From Candidatus Saccharimonadales bacterium (GTDB lineage: Bacteria; Patescibacteriota; Saccharimonadia; Saccharimonadales; UBA4665): DNA of 64,000 nucleotides. Positions 52,893 to 62,390 of the stretch are shown here, one piece after another. Position numbers and translations under genes: made by a program. The notes under the pieces are model-generated. The model was given only the letters and a program-made list of their open reading frames with translations, searched no databases and was not told the DNA's origin. The DNA lies in NCBI GenBank assembly GCA_036388555.1, contig DASVRP010000008.1:91609-155608 (forward strand), written 5' to 3'. Position 1 is the stretch's first letter, and each line of letters opens with the position of its first letter.

Positions 52893-55800
52893 TTACGAGC
52901 AGCCGGTCGTGCTGCCGCAGCTGGAACAGACATAGCAGCTGCCTGCCCGCTGGGTCTGGTTGCCACAGTTGTAGCACAGCGGTGCGGTGCTGTCGCCGCT
53001 GTTCAGCTTGGCGTCTGCCGATGACAGCGCCGGAGCGGTATTGACCGCCGGTGAAGCAACCCGGGCTGCAGCGGCCGGCAGCTTCGCTGCCAGGGCTGTC
53101 TGGGCCGGCTTGGTACCTGCGCCGGTCTGGGTATTGCTGAGGGCATCGGTGCCAGCGCCGCGGTCGGCGGTATCGCCCTTAGTAGGGTCGATCGTCGGGC
53201 TGGCAGCCGAACCGTTCGTACCGCCCTGCGACGGAGCTGAGACGTTATGGTTGGCGCCATGCTCGCTGTCGGCAGCCTGCTCTGTCTCTGAGTTGCTATC
53301 GCCCAGCAGGCTTACCTGCTCCTCTGTCGGCATGTCATCGAAACTGGCCAGACCGAGCTCCAGCCGATCGTCGAAGCTGAGGTAGTCCAGCGCCAGGCGG
53401 CGGACGATGTAGTCAGTTATCGAACTGGCGGTCCGGATATCCGGATCATCGGTGATGCCACTTGGGGCGAAGCTGGTGCCGCGTAAAGTCTTAACGTAAG
53501 ATTTGAGCGGCACGCCGTACTGCAGGCCATGGCTGACGCTGATGGCAAATGAATCGAGCAGTCCAGCCAGGGTGCTTCCCTGCTTGCTGACGCTCAGGAA
53601 CAGTTCGCCGGGCGTACCGTCCTCATATTCACCGACCGTGAAGTAACCCTCGAGGTCAGCGATCTGGAACTTGTACGTCTTGCTGTTGCGGATACGCGGC
53701 AGGCGGCGGCGGACCGCACCCTTAACGATGAACTTGTCGGTCACGCTCTCGGCAGCGGCAGCTGGAGCAGCCTCGCCTGATCCGGCGCCCTCAGTAGTGT
53801 TGTTGTTGGCGTCGCCGCCCTTCTTCATCATGCTGAGCGGTTGGGCGACCTTGCAGTTGTCGCGGTAGATAGCGACTGCTTTGAGGCCCATCTTCCAGGA
53901 GTCGATGTGGATCTGTTCGATATCTTCGACGCTGGCGTCTTCCGGCATATTGACGGTCTTGCTGATCGCACCCGACAGGAACGGCTGGGTGGCGGCCATC
54001 ATCTTGACATGGCCGAGGTAGTGGATGCTGTTGTCGCCCATCGAGCAGGCGAAGACGTTCAGGTGCTCAGGCTTGAGACCCGGGGCGCCGACGATGGTCT
54101 TTTCGGTGTCGATGTAATTGACGATGCTGTCGACCTGGTCCTTGCTGTATCCGAGCGCTTTCAGGGCGCGCGGGACGGTCTGGTTGACGATGTTCATCGT
54201 ACCGCCACCGACCAGCTTCTTGAACTTGACGAGTCCGAGGTCCGGCTCGATACCGGTGGTGTCGCAGTCCATCATCAGACCGATGGTGCCGGTCGGGGCT
54301 AACACCGATGCCTGCGAATTGCGGACGCCGTACAGTTCACCCTGCTCGACCGCGTCGTCCCAGGCGCTGGCAGCAGCGCTGAGCAGCTCTTCCTGGACAT
54401 AGCTGGCATCGATCTCAGAGACAGCTGCGCGGTGCATCTTCAGGACGTTGATCATACCTTCGCGGTCCTTGTGGTAGCCGGCGAACGGTCCGACCTTCTG
54501 GGCGATCCGGGCGCTGGTGGCGTACGATTGGCCGGTCAGCAATGCCGTGATGGCGGCTGCCTGGGCGCGGCCTTCGTCGCTGTCATATGCCAGGCCCTGG
54601 GCCATCAGCAGCGCGCCGAGGTTGGCGTAACCGATACCGAGCTCGCGGTAGGCGCGGGCGTTCTTGCCGATCGATTCCGTCGGGTAATCGCTGTAGCCGA
54701 CCAGGATCTCCTGGGCCGTGAACACGAGTTCCACGGTATGGATGAACGATTTGATGTCGAACGAGCCGTCATCCTTCAGGAACTTCATCAGGTTCAGGCT
54801 GGCCAGGTTGCAGGCCGAGTTGTCGAGGTGCATATATTCGGAGCATGGATTCGAGCCGTTGATGCGGCCGGCATTCGGCGTGGTGTGCCATCTGTTGATG
54901 ACCGTATCGAACTGCATGCCGGGATCGGCGCATTCCCAGGCAGCTTCGCTGAAGGCGCGCATGATGTCGCGGGCCTTGACCGTCTTGACGGTCTTGCCGG
55001 TGGTGACGGCCTTGAGGTCCCAGTCAGCATCGGCTTCGACGGCCTTCATGAAGTCGTCAGTGACGCGGACAGAGTTGTTGGCGTTCTGGTACTGGACCGA
55101 GAAGATATCCTTACCGTCGAGCGTCATGTCGAAGCCGGCCGCCTCAAGGGCGCGGGCCTTGCGCTCTTCGATCATCTTACAGCGGATGAATTCCATGATG
55201 TCGGGGTGGTCGACGTTCAGGACGACCATCTTAGCAGCACGGCGCGTCTTACCGCCGGATTTGATGGCGCCGGCGCTACTGTCGGCACCGCGCATGAAGC
55301 TGAGCGGACCGCTGGCCGTTCCGCCTGATTTGCTGAGAGGTTCGACGGACGAACGGATACGCGACAGGTTGATGCCGGAGCCGGAACCGCCCTTAAAGAT
55401 CATACCTTCTTCGGTGTACCAGTTGAGGATAGAGTCCATGGTATCTTCGACACCGAGGATAAAGCAGGCGCTGGCCTGCTGGGCGCGCTCGGCGGCACCG
55501 ATGTTGAACCAGACCGGGCTGTTGAAAGCGGCACGCTGGGTAGCCAGGACATACTTCAGTTCCTCGCGGAAGTCCTCGGCCTCGGTCTCGGATGAGAAGT
55601 AGCCTTCGCGGGCACCCTGACGGACGACGGTGTCGACGACGCGGTCGATCAGATGTTTGAGGCTGGATTCGCGCTCCTCGGTGCCGGGCGTACCGGTGAA
55701 GTACTTCTGCGCCACGATGTTGATGGCGTTCTGGCTGAATCCTTCCGGAAATTCCACGCCGAGCTGCTCGAACACCGCCTTGCCGGTCATCGGATTCTTG

Positions 55801-55913
55801 ATGACCGAATCCCGGCTGACCCATGTCAGACTGTCATATGCCTTGGTCTTCGGCTTGGTAAATAAACGTCCGAACAACTTATCCGAATCCGTCTTGCTAG
55901 TCGCCTGTCCCAT
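52893..55913 (-). CDS. nrdJ: Adenosylcobalamin-dependent (class II) ribonucleotide reductase
   Basis: 1006-aa ORF. Motifs are FNSPVWFN, SACFIL, NPCSEY and GLMMDCDTTGIEPD, with a C-terminal Cys cluster (CYNCGNQTQRAGSCYVCSSCGSTTGCS). It lies next to nrdR. Confidence 0.9.
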   Translation of the reverse strand: MGQATSKTDSDKLFGRLFTKPKTKAYDSLTWVSRDSVIKNPMTGKAVFEQLGVEFPEGFSQNAINIVAQKYFTGTPGTEERESSLKHLIDRVVDTVVRQGAREGYFSSETEAEDFREELKYVLATQRAAFNSPVWFNIGAAERAQQASACFILGVEDTMDSILNWYTEEGMIFKGGSGSGINLSRIRSSVEPLSKSGGTASGPLSFMRGADSSAGAIKSGGKTRRAAKMVVLNVDHPDIMEFIRCKMIEERKARALEAAGFDMTLDGKDIFSVQYQNANNSVRVTDDFMKAVEADADWDLKAVTTGKTVKTVKARDIMRAFSEAAWECADPGMQFDTVINRWHTTPNAGRINGSNPCSEYMHLDNSACNLASLNLMKFLKDDGSFDIKSFIHTVELVFTAQEILVGYSDYPTESIGKNARAYRELGIGYANLGALLMAQGLAYDSDEGRAQAAAITALLTGQSYATSARIAQKVGPFAGYHKDREGMINVLKMHRAAVSEIDASYVQEELLSAAASAWDDAVEQGELYGVRNSQASVLAPTGTIGLMMDCDTTGIEPDLGLVKFKKLVGGGTMNIVNQTVPRALKALGYSKDQVDSIVNYIDTEKTIVGAPGLKPEHLNVFACSMGDNSIHYLGHVKMMAATQPFLSGAISKTVNMPEDASVEDIEQIHIDSWKMGLKAVAIYRDNCKVAQPLSMMKKGGDANNNTTEGAGSGEAAPAAAAESVTDKFIVKGAVRRRLPRIRNSKTYKFQIADLEGYFTVGEYEDGTPGELFLSVSKQGSTLAGLLDSFAISVSHGLQYGVPLKSYVKTLRGTSFAPSGITDDPDIRTASSITDYIVRRLALDYLSFDDRLELGLASFDDMPTEEQVSLLGDSNSETEQAADSEHGANHNVSAPSQGGTNGSAASPTIDPTKGDTADRGAGTDALSNTQTGAGTKPAQTALAAKLPAAAARVASPAVNTAPALSSADAKLNSGDSTAPLCYNCGNQTQRAGSCYVCSSCGSTTGCS

Positions 55914-56196
55914 GATTGTAGTACTCCCCTCTTATATTGTGCGCGCCCACAGCTCTCACACCGCGTGCGCCCCCTCAGTTATTTTGATTAGTTTTTGTTA
56001 GCTTCTGACACGATGTGTCATCGGCTCTCCGATAAGATCAGGTTGGGCGTCAGATTCGGAATGTTTGGCCCGTCGGCACCTCGGAAGCGCGATATGTGCC
56101 AGCCTGTGGCGCACATATCGTGACCCGTACGTGCCTAAGGGCAAACGTTCCGACATCTGACAATCTACGCTGATCTCATGGGAGAACCGTCAAAGA

Positions 56197-56721
56197 TCAC
56201 TCCTTGACGAGTTCCAACTTTACTTCACGGTCCGGATCATCGGCCTTCGCAGTATCGGCCTGACTGCGTTCCTTGTCGCGGATACGGCACAGTTCGGCCT
56301 CGAAGCTCGATATGTCCTTGAACCGGCGGTAGACGCTGGCAAAACGGACATAGGCGACCTCGTTGACCAGGCTCAGCCGGTCCATCACCAGGTTGCCGAC
56401 GCGGCCCGAGGCGACCTCGCTGTCACCGCATGCGTACAGCGTCTGTTCGATATCGCTGACGATGCGTTCGACCTGCATGCTGGTGACCGGGGTCTTTTCG
56501 CAGGCCCGGTAGAGGCCTGCCAGCAGCTTGTCGCGGCTGAACAGCTGGCGTGTGCCATCATTCTTGATGATGATCAGCTGCGGCCGTTCCAGGCGCTCAT
56601 ACGTCGTGAAACGGTAATTGCAGCCCGGGCACATCCGCCGGCGCCTGATCGCATCGCCGTCCGACACATCACGTGATTCGATGACCTTGGTATCGTGAAG
56701 CTGACATTGGGTGCATTTCAT
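56197..56721 (-). CDS. nrdR: Transcriptional repressor NrdR
   Basis: MKCTQCQLHDTKVIESR....RRRRMCPGCNYRFTTYE is the zinc ribbon, followed by an ATP-cone. I place the start at 56721, preceded by GGGGGTGAGA. The track ORF starts at 56736. Confidence 0.9.
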   Translation of the reverse strand: MKCTQCQLHDTKVIESRDVSDGDAIRRRRMCPGCNYRFTTYERLERPQLIIIKNDGTRQLFSRDKLLAGLYRACEKTPVTSMQVERIVSDIEQTLYACGDSEVASGRVGNLVMDRLSLVNEVAYVRFASVYRRFKDISSFEAELCRIRDKERSQADTAKADDPDREVKLELVKE

Positions 56722-56930
56722 TCTCACCCCCTTCAAGTTTCATTACTCATTCTCAATGTGCGATCCCGCATGCGCTTTTTACTACATGTGGTGTTAGCTT
56801 TATAAGCTTAACCCCAGCAGTAGCGTTTTACAATACAAATTGTGCTGTGAAATTTATTACGCTAATGCTTCAAAAAATCGTGGCACGGGACGCCTGGAGC
56901 GCACGGCACAAGGGGGTTCATAGAAGCGCC

Positions 56931-58385
56931 TTACGACTGCTTGTCGTCGGGGGTGTCAGTGGTCGGAGTTATGGTGTCTGAGGTATGGTCGTCGGCAGGT
57001 TTCTTGTTGCGGCCACGCAGGCGGCGCAGGAATGACGGGCGCTCCAACTCTTCCTCGGTGCTGTCACTGCCGAAGAGTGATCCGTTCGATGATCCACCCT
57101 TAGGGCTCTCATCGTGAGTCTGGCCGCTCAGCCCGTTACCACGCAGGCCGTCTTCATGGTTGGAATCCTTGCCATCGTGGGTAGTATCGTCGATCGCCCA
57201 GATGTTGGGCATGGCCGTGTCGCTGGTGAAACTTTCTTCCTTGCGTGTCTCGAGGTCCATATCGAGGCCCGACATGACGCTGTCATCGCCCCGCGAGACA
57301 GGAACCGTTGCCCGCTCGCGGATGTCGTCCATCGGAACTGCCGACACTGCCGGGGTGCTGACCGGTGGGGTCGATGGACTGCCAAGCCCGGTGGCTGCGA
57401 CCTGTCTGGCGTCACGGTCAGAATAATATGCGGCATCGAAGCCGGTAGCTACGACGGTGATGATCATCTCGCCTTCAAGCTCAGGGTTGATGGTCGCACC
57501 GAAGATGATGTTGGCTTCAGGGTCGGCTGCGGTCGTTATGGTCTCGGCTGCGGTGTTGATCTCATGCATCGACAGGTCGTTGCCGCCGATGACATTGAAG
57601 AGGATACCTCGGGCACCATCGATCGAGACCTCAAGCAGTGGTGATTCGATAGCCTGCTGAGCTGCCTGGATGGCGCGGTTCTCGCCGCTGGCCCGGCCGA
57701 TACCCATCAGGGCGGAGCCGGCATTAGCCATGACGGCTTTGACGTCAGCGAAGTCAAGGTTGATAAGTCCGTTGACGGTTATCAGGTCGGAGATTCCCTG
57801 GACTCCCTGGCGCAGGACGTCGTCGGCAACCTTGAAGGCTTCGATAAGCGGAGTCTGGCGGTCGATCGTCTGCAGCAGGCGGTCATTGGGGATGGTGATG
57901 AGCGTGTCGACAGACTTCCGCATGTTCTCGATGGCGGTCTCGGCGTTGCGGCGGCGCTTCTCGCCTTCGAAGGCGAACGGCTTGGTGGCGAAGCCGACGA
58001 CCAGGATGTCCAGCTCGCGGGCAATCTGGGCGACGACGTGGCCGGCACCGCTACCGGTACCACCACCGGCACCGAGGGTGATGAAGATCATATCGGCGCC
58101 CTCGACAGCCTTCTTGATCTCTTCACGCGACTCCAATGCCGCCTGCTCACCAATGCTCGGGTTAGCACCCGCACCCAGGCCACGGGTCGCATCTTTGCCG
58201 ATGTGGATCTTGACGCTTGCCTTGGAGTGGTGCAGCGCCTGGGCGTCCGTGTTGACGACGATGAATTCGACGCCCTCGATACCGGCCTCTACCATACGGT
58301 TGACGGCCGCGCCGCCAGCGCCACCGACGCCGATCACTTTGATTCGGGCGAATGTTTCAATGGCTGGGTCGACTGCTTGCGGCAT
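56931..58385 (-). CDS. ftsZ: Cell division protein FtsZ
   Basis: 484-aa ORF with [13 protein letters not shown], the tubulin signature GGGTGSGAG and NTDAQAL. A long disordered linker precedes a C-terminal ERPSFLRRL peptide. Confidence 0.95.
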   Translation of the reverse strand: MPQAVDPAIETFARIKVIGVGGAGGAAVNRMVEAGIEGVEFIVVNTDAQALHHSKASVKIHIGKDATRGLGAGANPSIGEQAALESREEIKKAVEGADMIFITLGAGGGTGSGAGHVVAQIARELDILVVGFATKPFAFEGEKRRRNAETAIENMRKSVDTLITIPNDRLLQTIDRQTPLIEAFKVADDVLRQGVQGISDLITVNGLINLDFADVKAVMANAGSALMGIGRASGENRAIQAAQQAIESPLLEVSIDGARGILFNVIGGNDLSMHEINTAAETITTAADPEANIIFGATINPELEGEMIITVVATGFDAAYYSDRDARQVAATGLGSPSTPPVSTPAVSAVPMDDIRERATVPVSRGDDSVMSGLDMDLETRKEESFTSDTAMPNIWAIDDTTHDGKDSNHEDGLRGNGLSGQTHDESPKGGSSNGSLFGSDSTEEELERPSFLRRLRGRNKKPADDHTSDTITPTTDTPDDKQS

Positions 58386-58420
58386 AGGGTGGTACCTGTT
58401 TAGTTATATGTACAACTCCG

Positions 58421-58449
58421 AGTATACGGCAATGGTCCGGACGGTTCAA
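58421..58449 (-). promoter_or_regulatory. Candidate sigma-70-type promoter of ftsZ
   Basis: Minus strand reads TTGAAC (58449-58444), a 17-nt spacer, then TATACT (58426-58421), about 35 nt upstream of the ftsZ ATG. Confidence 0.5.
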
Positions 58450-58477
58450 TAATTTATACGGTGGAGTACGTCTTGTA

Positions 58478-58497
58478 TTTGTGATGTACGTCACAAA
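58478..58497. promoter_or_regulatory. Perfect CRP/FNR-type palindrome TTTGTGA-N6-TCACAAA
   Basis: TTTGTGATGTACGTCACAAA has 7-bp perfect arms and a 6-nt spacer. It lies about 30 bp upstream of the candidate ftsZ -35 element. Confidence 0.45.
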
Positions 58498-58653
58498 TGA
58501 TAGACTGCACACACCGACTGCTTCGCCGCCGCCACGCGGCTGATGGCGGCCGCTTCCGTAGCTGCATGCAAGCCGTACAACAGGCCTTCGAACAGGTTTT
58601 GTACTCAACATCCACCTCTGCTACAGGATACTGATACACGTGATTCCGGCGGG

Positions 58654-58681
58654 TAATAAAAATGCGGCCGGACGGCCGCAT
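58654..58681 (-). terminator. Intrinsic terminator after ftsA
   Basis: Minus strand reads ATGCGGCCG-tc-CGGCCGCAT, a GC-rich hairpin, followed by TTTTTATT. It lies 30 nt downstream of the ftsA stop. Confidence 0.7.
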
Positions 58682-58710
58682 CAGACTGGTCGACGAGGTG
58701 TATCACTGCC

Positions 58711-59976
58711 CTATCTGCGGAATTTGCCGAACAATCCGTCGACGAGTTTGAAAGCCTTGCCGTTCGGGCGGCCGCGCGGATCACCTGCATCAGGGTCGGG
58801 CTGCAGCAGCATATCCAGCAGCATCAGGCCGACGACCGTATGGAAGCTCGGGTCATCGACAGTATCAGCCAGGCCGGTGACGGTCTGCAGCTTGCCGATG
58901 CGGGCCGGCAGCTGGAGCTGTTCGCGGGCGAAGTCGGCGATGCCCGGCAGCTTGGCGGTACCGCCCGTCAGGACGACGCCGCCCGGGAGCTTGCGGGCGC
59001 GGCGGATCTTGATGAGTTCCTTGTTGACGTACTCGAACAGTTCATCGACACGGGCTTCGACGATCATATTGACCATCTCGGCGTCGAAATGGTGGTCGTG
59101 CACGTCCTTACTGTCGCCGTAGCGGACAGTTGCGGTCGCGCGCTTCGGCACGCCAAGGGTGGCGTGCTCCACCTTGACCTTCTCGGCGATATCGAGCTCA
59201 GTCTTGAGGCCGATGGCCAGGTCGTTGGTGATATGCATCCCGCCGATAGGCAGGACAGCGACGTGCTGGACTTCCCCGTCCTCGATGACGATGAAGTTGG
59301 TCGTCCCTGAGCCGATGTCGAGGACGACGGTGCCGGCTTCCTTCTGCTGACGACCCAGGACAGCCTCGGCGGAAGCCAGGCTGGACAATGTGTGGTTAGT
59401 CGGCGTGATCTGGGCTTTTTCTATGGCCAGGTCGAGGTTGCGCAGGCTCGGGCTGGCGGCCGTCACCAGATGGGCATCGACTTCCAGGCGGACTCCGTGC
59501 ATACCGACCGGGTCCTTGATATTGCGCTGGCCGTCCAGGCTGTAATTCTTGGCGAAGAACTGGATGATCTCGCGGTTCGGCGGCATCTTGATAACGGTAG
59601 CAGCCTCCTCGACCCGCAGGCGGTCTTCCTGGCTGATCTCGCGGTTATTGCTGCTGATGGCGATGACGCCCTTGCTGTCGATACCCTCTATATGCGAGCC
59701 GTTGACATTGACCGTAGCCCGGTGGATCTGGGTGCCGCTGATGCGTTCCGCCTCGGTGACGGCCTGGATGATGGCCTCCGACACCTCATCGACATGCACG
59801 ACGATGCCTTTGCGCGATCCGTAGTTCGCCGATGAGCCATGGCCGATGATCGACGGCTTGCCGTCAGTAGCATCGATCATACCCACGACACAGCGCACCG
59901 CAGAGGTGCCGATATCAAGGCCTATGAAGTGGGCCGTATTCGGGCCATGAGTATTGGGAGCCGCATTATTTTGCAT
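58711..59976 (-). CDS. ftsA: Cell division protein FtsA
   Basis: 421-aa ORF with actin-fold motifs GLDIGTSAVRCVVG, VLDIGSGTT and VVLTGGTAKLPG. It lies upstream of ftsZ. Confidence 0.9.
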   Translation of the reverse strand: MQNNAAPNTHGPNTAHFIGLDIGTSAVRCVVGMIDATDGKPSIIGHGSSANYGSRKGIVVHVDEVSEAIIQAVTEAERISGTQIHRATVNVNGSHIEGIDSKGVIAISSNNREISQEDRLRVEEAATVIKMPPNREIIQFFAKNYSLDGQRNIKDPVGMHGVRLEVDAHLVTAASPSLRNLDLAIEKAQITPTNHTLSSLASAEAVLGRQQKEAGTVVLDIGSGTTNFIVIEDGEVQHVAVLPIGGMHITNDLAIGLKTELDIAEKVKVEHATLGVPKRATATVRYGDSKDVHDHHFDAEMVNMIVEARVDELFEYVNKELIKIRRARKLPGGVVLTGGTAKLPGIADFAREQLQLPARIGKLQTVTGLADTVDDPSFHTVVGLMLLDMLLQPDPDAGDPRGRPNGKAFKLVDGLFGKFRR

Positions 59977-60097
59977 ATTTGCCTTCAGTATATCGTTTTT
60001 ATTTTGTTTTGAGCAAATCTGATGGCAGTATAACGCTACATATGGCGTCAGAGCAAATAATTAATTAACTGACAGTATCGATCGTGTGTGCAATCCC

Positions 60098-60874
60098 TTA
60101 CACTTCGGTGATGATTTCAGCTCCGTCCTCGGTGATGAGGATGGTGTGTTCGAAGTGGGCAGCCATCGAGCCGTCGGCGGTGTTGATAGTCCAGCCGTCG
60201 GGTGCGACGAATACTTTTTCGCTGCCGAGTGTAGCCATCGGCTCGATGGCGATGGTCATTCCGGCGGACAGCCAGGGGCCGGTGTTGGGGCGGCCATAGT
60301 TCGGGATGTTCGGGTCTTCGTGCAGTTCATGGCCGACGCCGTGGCCGACCAGGTCGCGGACGATGCCGTACGGGCCGCCGAGCTTGGTGTTAAGTAGTAC
60401 CGCTTGCACGGCGGCGCCGATGTCCCCGGTGCGGATCCGGTCGCGCAGCACCCCGATGCCAGCATGCATCGATGCCTCGGTGGCGCGCACCAGCTTGGCG
60501 ACGCGCGGGTCGCGGGCAGCTGCCGGGCCACCGACGATCACACTTATCGCCCCGTCCGTTATCATGCCCTGGTACGTCACACCAAAATCAAGGCTGACGA
60601 TGTCACCGGACCTGACGACTTTGTGGGCGGTCGGTATGCCGTGGACGACTTCCTGGTTGACCGAGATACAGATGACATCCGGAAATCCCTGGTAGCCCAA
60701 AAAGGCCGGCTTGCCGCCCAGCCCCTGCAGTTCAGCGGCTGCGATCAGAGCGATATCCTTGGTCGACATGCCCTCACTCACCTGCCCGCGGGCGGCCTGC
60801 AGCACCATCGCCAGCATGCGGCCGCTGACGCGAATCGATTCTATCTCTGGCTTCGTCTTGATCCGTGTGTTCAT
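60098..60874 (-). CDS. map: Type I methionine aminopeptidase
   Basis: 258-aa ORF with metal-ligand motifs VVHGIP, SLDFG, DGAIS, VGHGVGHELHE and IEPM. Confidence 0.9.
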   Translation of the reverse strand: MNTRIKTKPEIESIRVSGRMLAMVLQAARGQVSEGMSTKDIALIAAAELQGLGGKPAFLGYQGFPDVICISVNQEVVHGIPTAHKVVRSGDIVSLDFGVTYQGMITDGAISVIVGGPAAARDPRVAKLVRATEASMHAGIGVLRDRIRTGDIGAAVQAVLLNTKLGGPYGIVRDLVGHGVGHELHEDPNIPNYGRPNTGPWLSAGMTIAIEPMATLGSEKVFVAPDGWTINTADGSMAAHFEHTILITEDGAEIITEV

Positions 60875-60895
60875 CTCATCATTCCGTATTATCCC

Positions 60896-61444
60896 TTAGC
60901 TGAGCGGTCCGGGGTTGTCGATCAGGTCCAGAATCTCGTCGTGGATGACCCGCGGGTCGCGGTCGCCGTCGATATCATGTACCGGTATGTTCTCCTCGCG
61001 GAAGTGTGCCAGTATGGGCTTCGTGACCTTATCGTATTCTTCGATGCGGCGGCGGATAGCCTCTTCGATGTCGTCGGGCCGGCCTCGGCTGGTCAGGCGC
61101 TTGATGACGACTGGCTCGCTGGCGACTAAATTTATGATGCAATCCAGTTTGAAGCGGCCATCACGCGCCTGGTCGGTCAGCCAATCAGCCTGCGGAATAG
61201 TCCGTGGGAAGCCGTCCAGCACGAATTGCTGCTTGGTATCGATCATCTCGAAGACCTTGTCGATGAGCTCGATGATCTCCCCGTCGCTCAGCAGGTTGCC
61301 CTGCAGCATCTCCTGCCGGCGCTTGCCAGTGACCAGGACGCGCAGGATCTCGCCCGTCGATATCCAGGCGTAGCCGTGCTCATCGGCCAATATCCGTCCC
61401 TGCATGCTCTTGCCGGCGCCAGCGACGCCCATCAGCAGGATCAC
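60896..61444 (-). CDS. adk: Adenylate kinase (short-lid form)
   Basis: 182-aa ORF with a P-loop (GVAGAGKS), LDGFPRT and RGRPDD. It lies upstream of map. Its start overlaps the stop of the upstream gene by 4 nt. Confidence 0.75.
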   Translation of the reverse strand: MILLMGVAGAGKSMQGRILADEHGYAWISTGEILRVLVTGKRRQEMLQGNLLSDGEIIELIDKVFEMIDTKQQFVLDGFPRTIPQADWLTDQARDGRFKLDCIINLVASEPVVIKRLTSRGRPDDIEEAIRRRIEEYDKVTKPILAHFREENIPVHDIDGDRDPRVIHDEILDLIDNPGPLS

Positions 61445-61938
61445 TGGCCACCTCCGGCATCCACATTGCCTGCGTTGGAAGCCGCCAGATGTGCCTTGGC
61501 AAGCCGGGCGACCGTCGCGCCGTCGGCAGCCGCACCTGCCCTGGCCTTTACAGCACCGATCAGTTGGCCCATCTGCTGTGGTCCGGTCGCGCCGATGTCG
61601 CCTGCGACCGAGGCGACGAGCTGCTGCAGTTCCGCCTCGCCAAGCTGCTTCGGCAGGTAGCCGTCGATGATGGCCTTCTCTGACAGTTCCTTGTCCGCCT
61701 TTTCCTGTGATCCGCCGCTGATATAGAGGTCGGCGCTTTCCTGGCGCTTCTTTGATTCTTTGGCAAAAAGGACGATGATAGCGTCGTCCTCCAGGCCGCC
61801 GCTATCGCGAGTGCCGGCAGCAACTTCGGCGTAGAGTACCACGCTCTTCAGTCCGCGCAGGACTTCGGCTTTCGGTTTGTCGCCGCCGAGCAGCGCCGTC
61901 TTGAGGTCACGGTCAATCTGTTCCTTGATGGTTGGCAT
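61441..61938 (-). CDS. GatB/YqeY-domain protein
   Basis: MPTIKEQIDRDLKTALLGGDKPKAEVLRGLKSVVLYAEV... is a typical YqeY N-terminus. I place the start at 61938, preceded by AGGGAGA. The track ORF starts at 62040. Confidence 0.75.
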   Translation of the reverse strand: MPTIKEQIDRDLKTALLGGDKPKAEVLRGLKSVVLYAEVAAGTRDSGGLEDDAIIVLFAKESKKRQESADLYISGGSQEKADKELSEKAIIDGYLPKQLGEAELQQLVASVAGDIGATGPQQMGQLIGAVKARAGAAADGATVARLAKAHLAASNAGNVDAGGGQ

Positions 61939-62069
61939 TCGGTGCTGTCTCCCTGTATTACACCCAATTGTACCAAAAGCTGAGCATATTTTCACGCGCC
62001 GCACTGCTGGATCGGTTCTACAAGGTTCGACAAAACGCACAATACGACAGGCGTTAACTTCTCTGCTTA

Positions 62070-62078
62070 TGCTATAAT
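62070..62078 (+). promoter_or_regulatory. Extended -10 element (TGCTATAAT) 6 nt upstream of the ATG at 62085, implying a leaderless transcript
   Basis: TGC-TATAAT-cgcatc-ATG with no Shine-Dalgarno sequence. Confidence 0.5.
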
Positions 62079-62084
62079 CGCATC

Positions 62085-62366
62085 ATGGACGACGCCCGCC
62101 GATTACTTATCATCTCCCTTATCAGCCTCGGGTTTGCCGTACTCAGCCAGATCGTCATCGATCCGCTGGTATCTTTGGTTTTGGGCAATCCCGCCAGCCG
62201 GGAGGGCCTGTCATTGGCCGTCTGGCTGACATTACTCATTACCTTGCCAGCCGCCGCCCTGTGTCTGGTGACGGCGTTCGGCGCCTTCGTGACATACCTC
62301 CGCCAGCGCGCTGCCAACCGCAGCGCCCGCACAAACAAAAACGCTTCCTTGTGGAAGCGTCCCTAG
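62085..62366 (+). CDS. Hypothetical small membrane protein
   Basis: 93-aa ORF with two hydrophobic segments. Confidence 0.45.
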   Translation: MDDARRLLIISLISLGFAVLSQIVIDPLVSLVLGNPASREGLSLAVWLTLLITLPAAALCLVTAFGAFVTYLRQRAANRSARTNKNASLWKRP

Positions 62367-62390
62367 TATCCTGATAGTGGACCATGAGGT

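Noticed and set aside
55914-56196. Possible cobalamin riboswitch in front of the B12-dependent nrdJ; a GCCACAGG segment resembles the B12 box GCCACTG.
   Set aside because: The other conserved cobalamin-riboswitch elements are not present in the right order. The GCCACAG lies in the loop of a simple hairpin. B12 riboswitches normally repress B12-independent isozymes or transport and biosynthesis genes, not class II RNR.
56737-56930. Candidate NrdR boxes upstream of nrdR (GCACAATTTGTATTGT and ACACCACATGTAGTAA on the minus strand).
   Set aside because: Each matches only about 11 of 16 positions of the acaCwAtATaTwGtgt consensus by eye. The spacing of about 51 bp is not the usual 31-32 bp. This is too weak to call without a scoring matrix.
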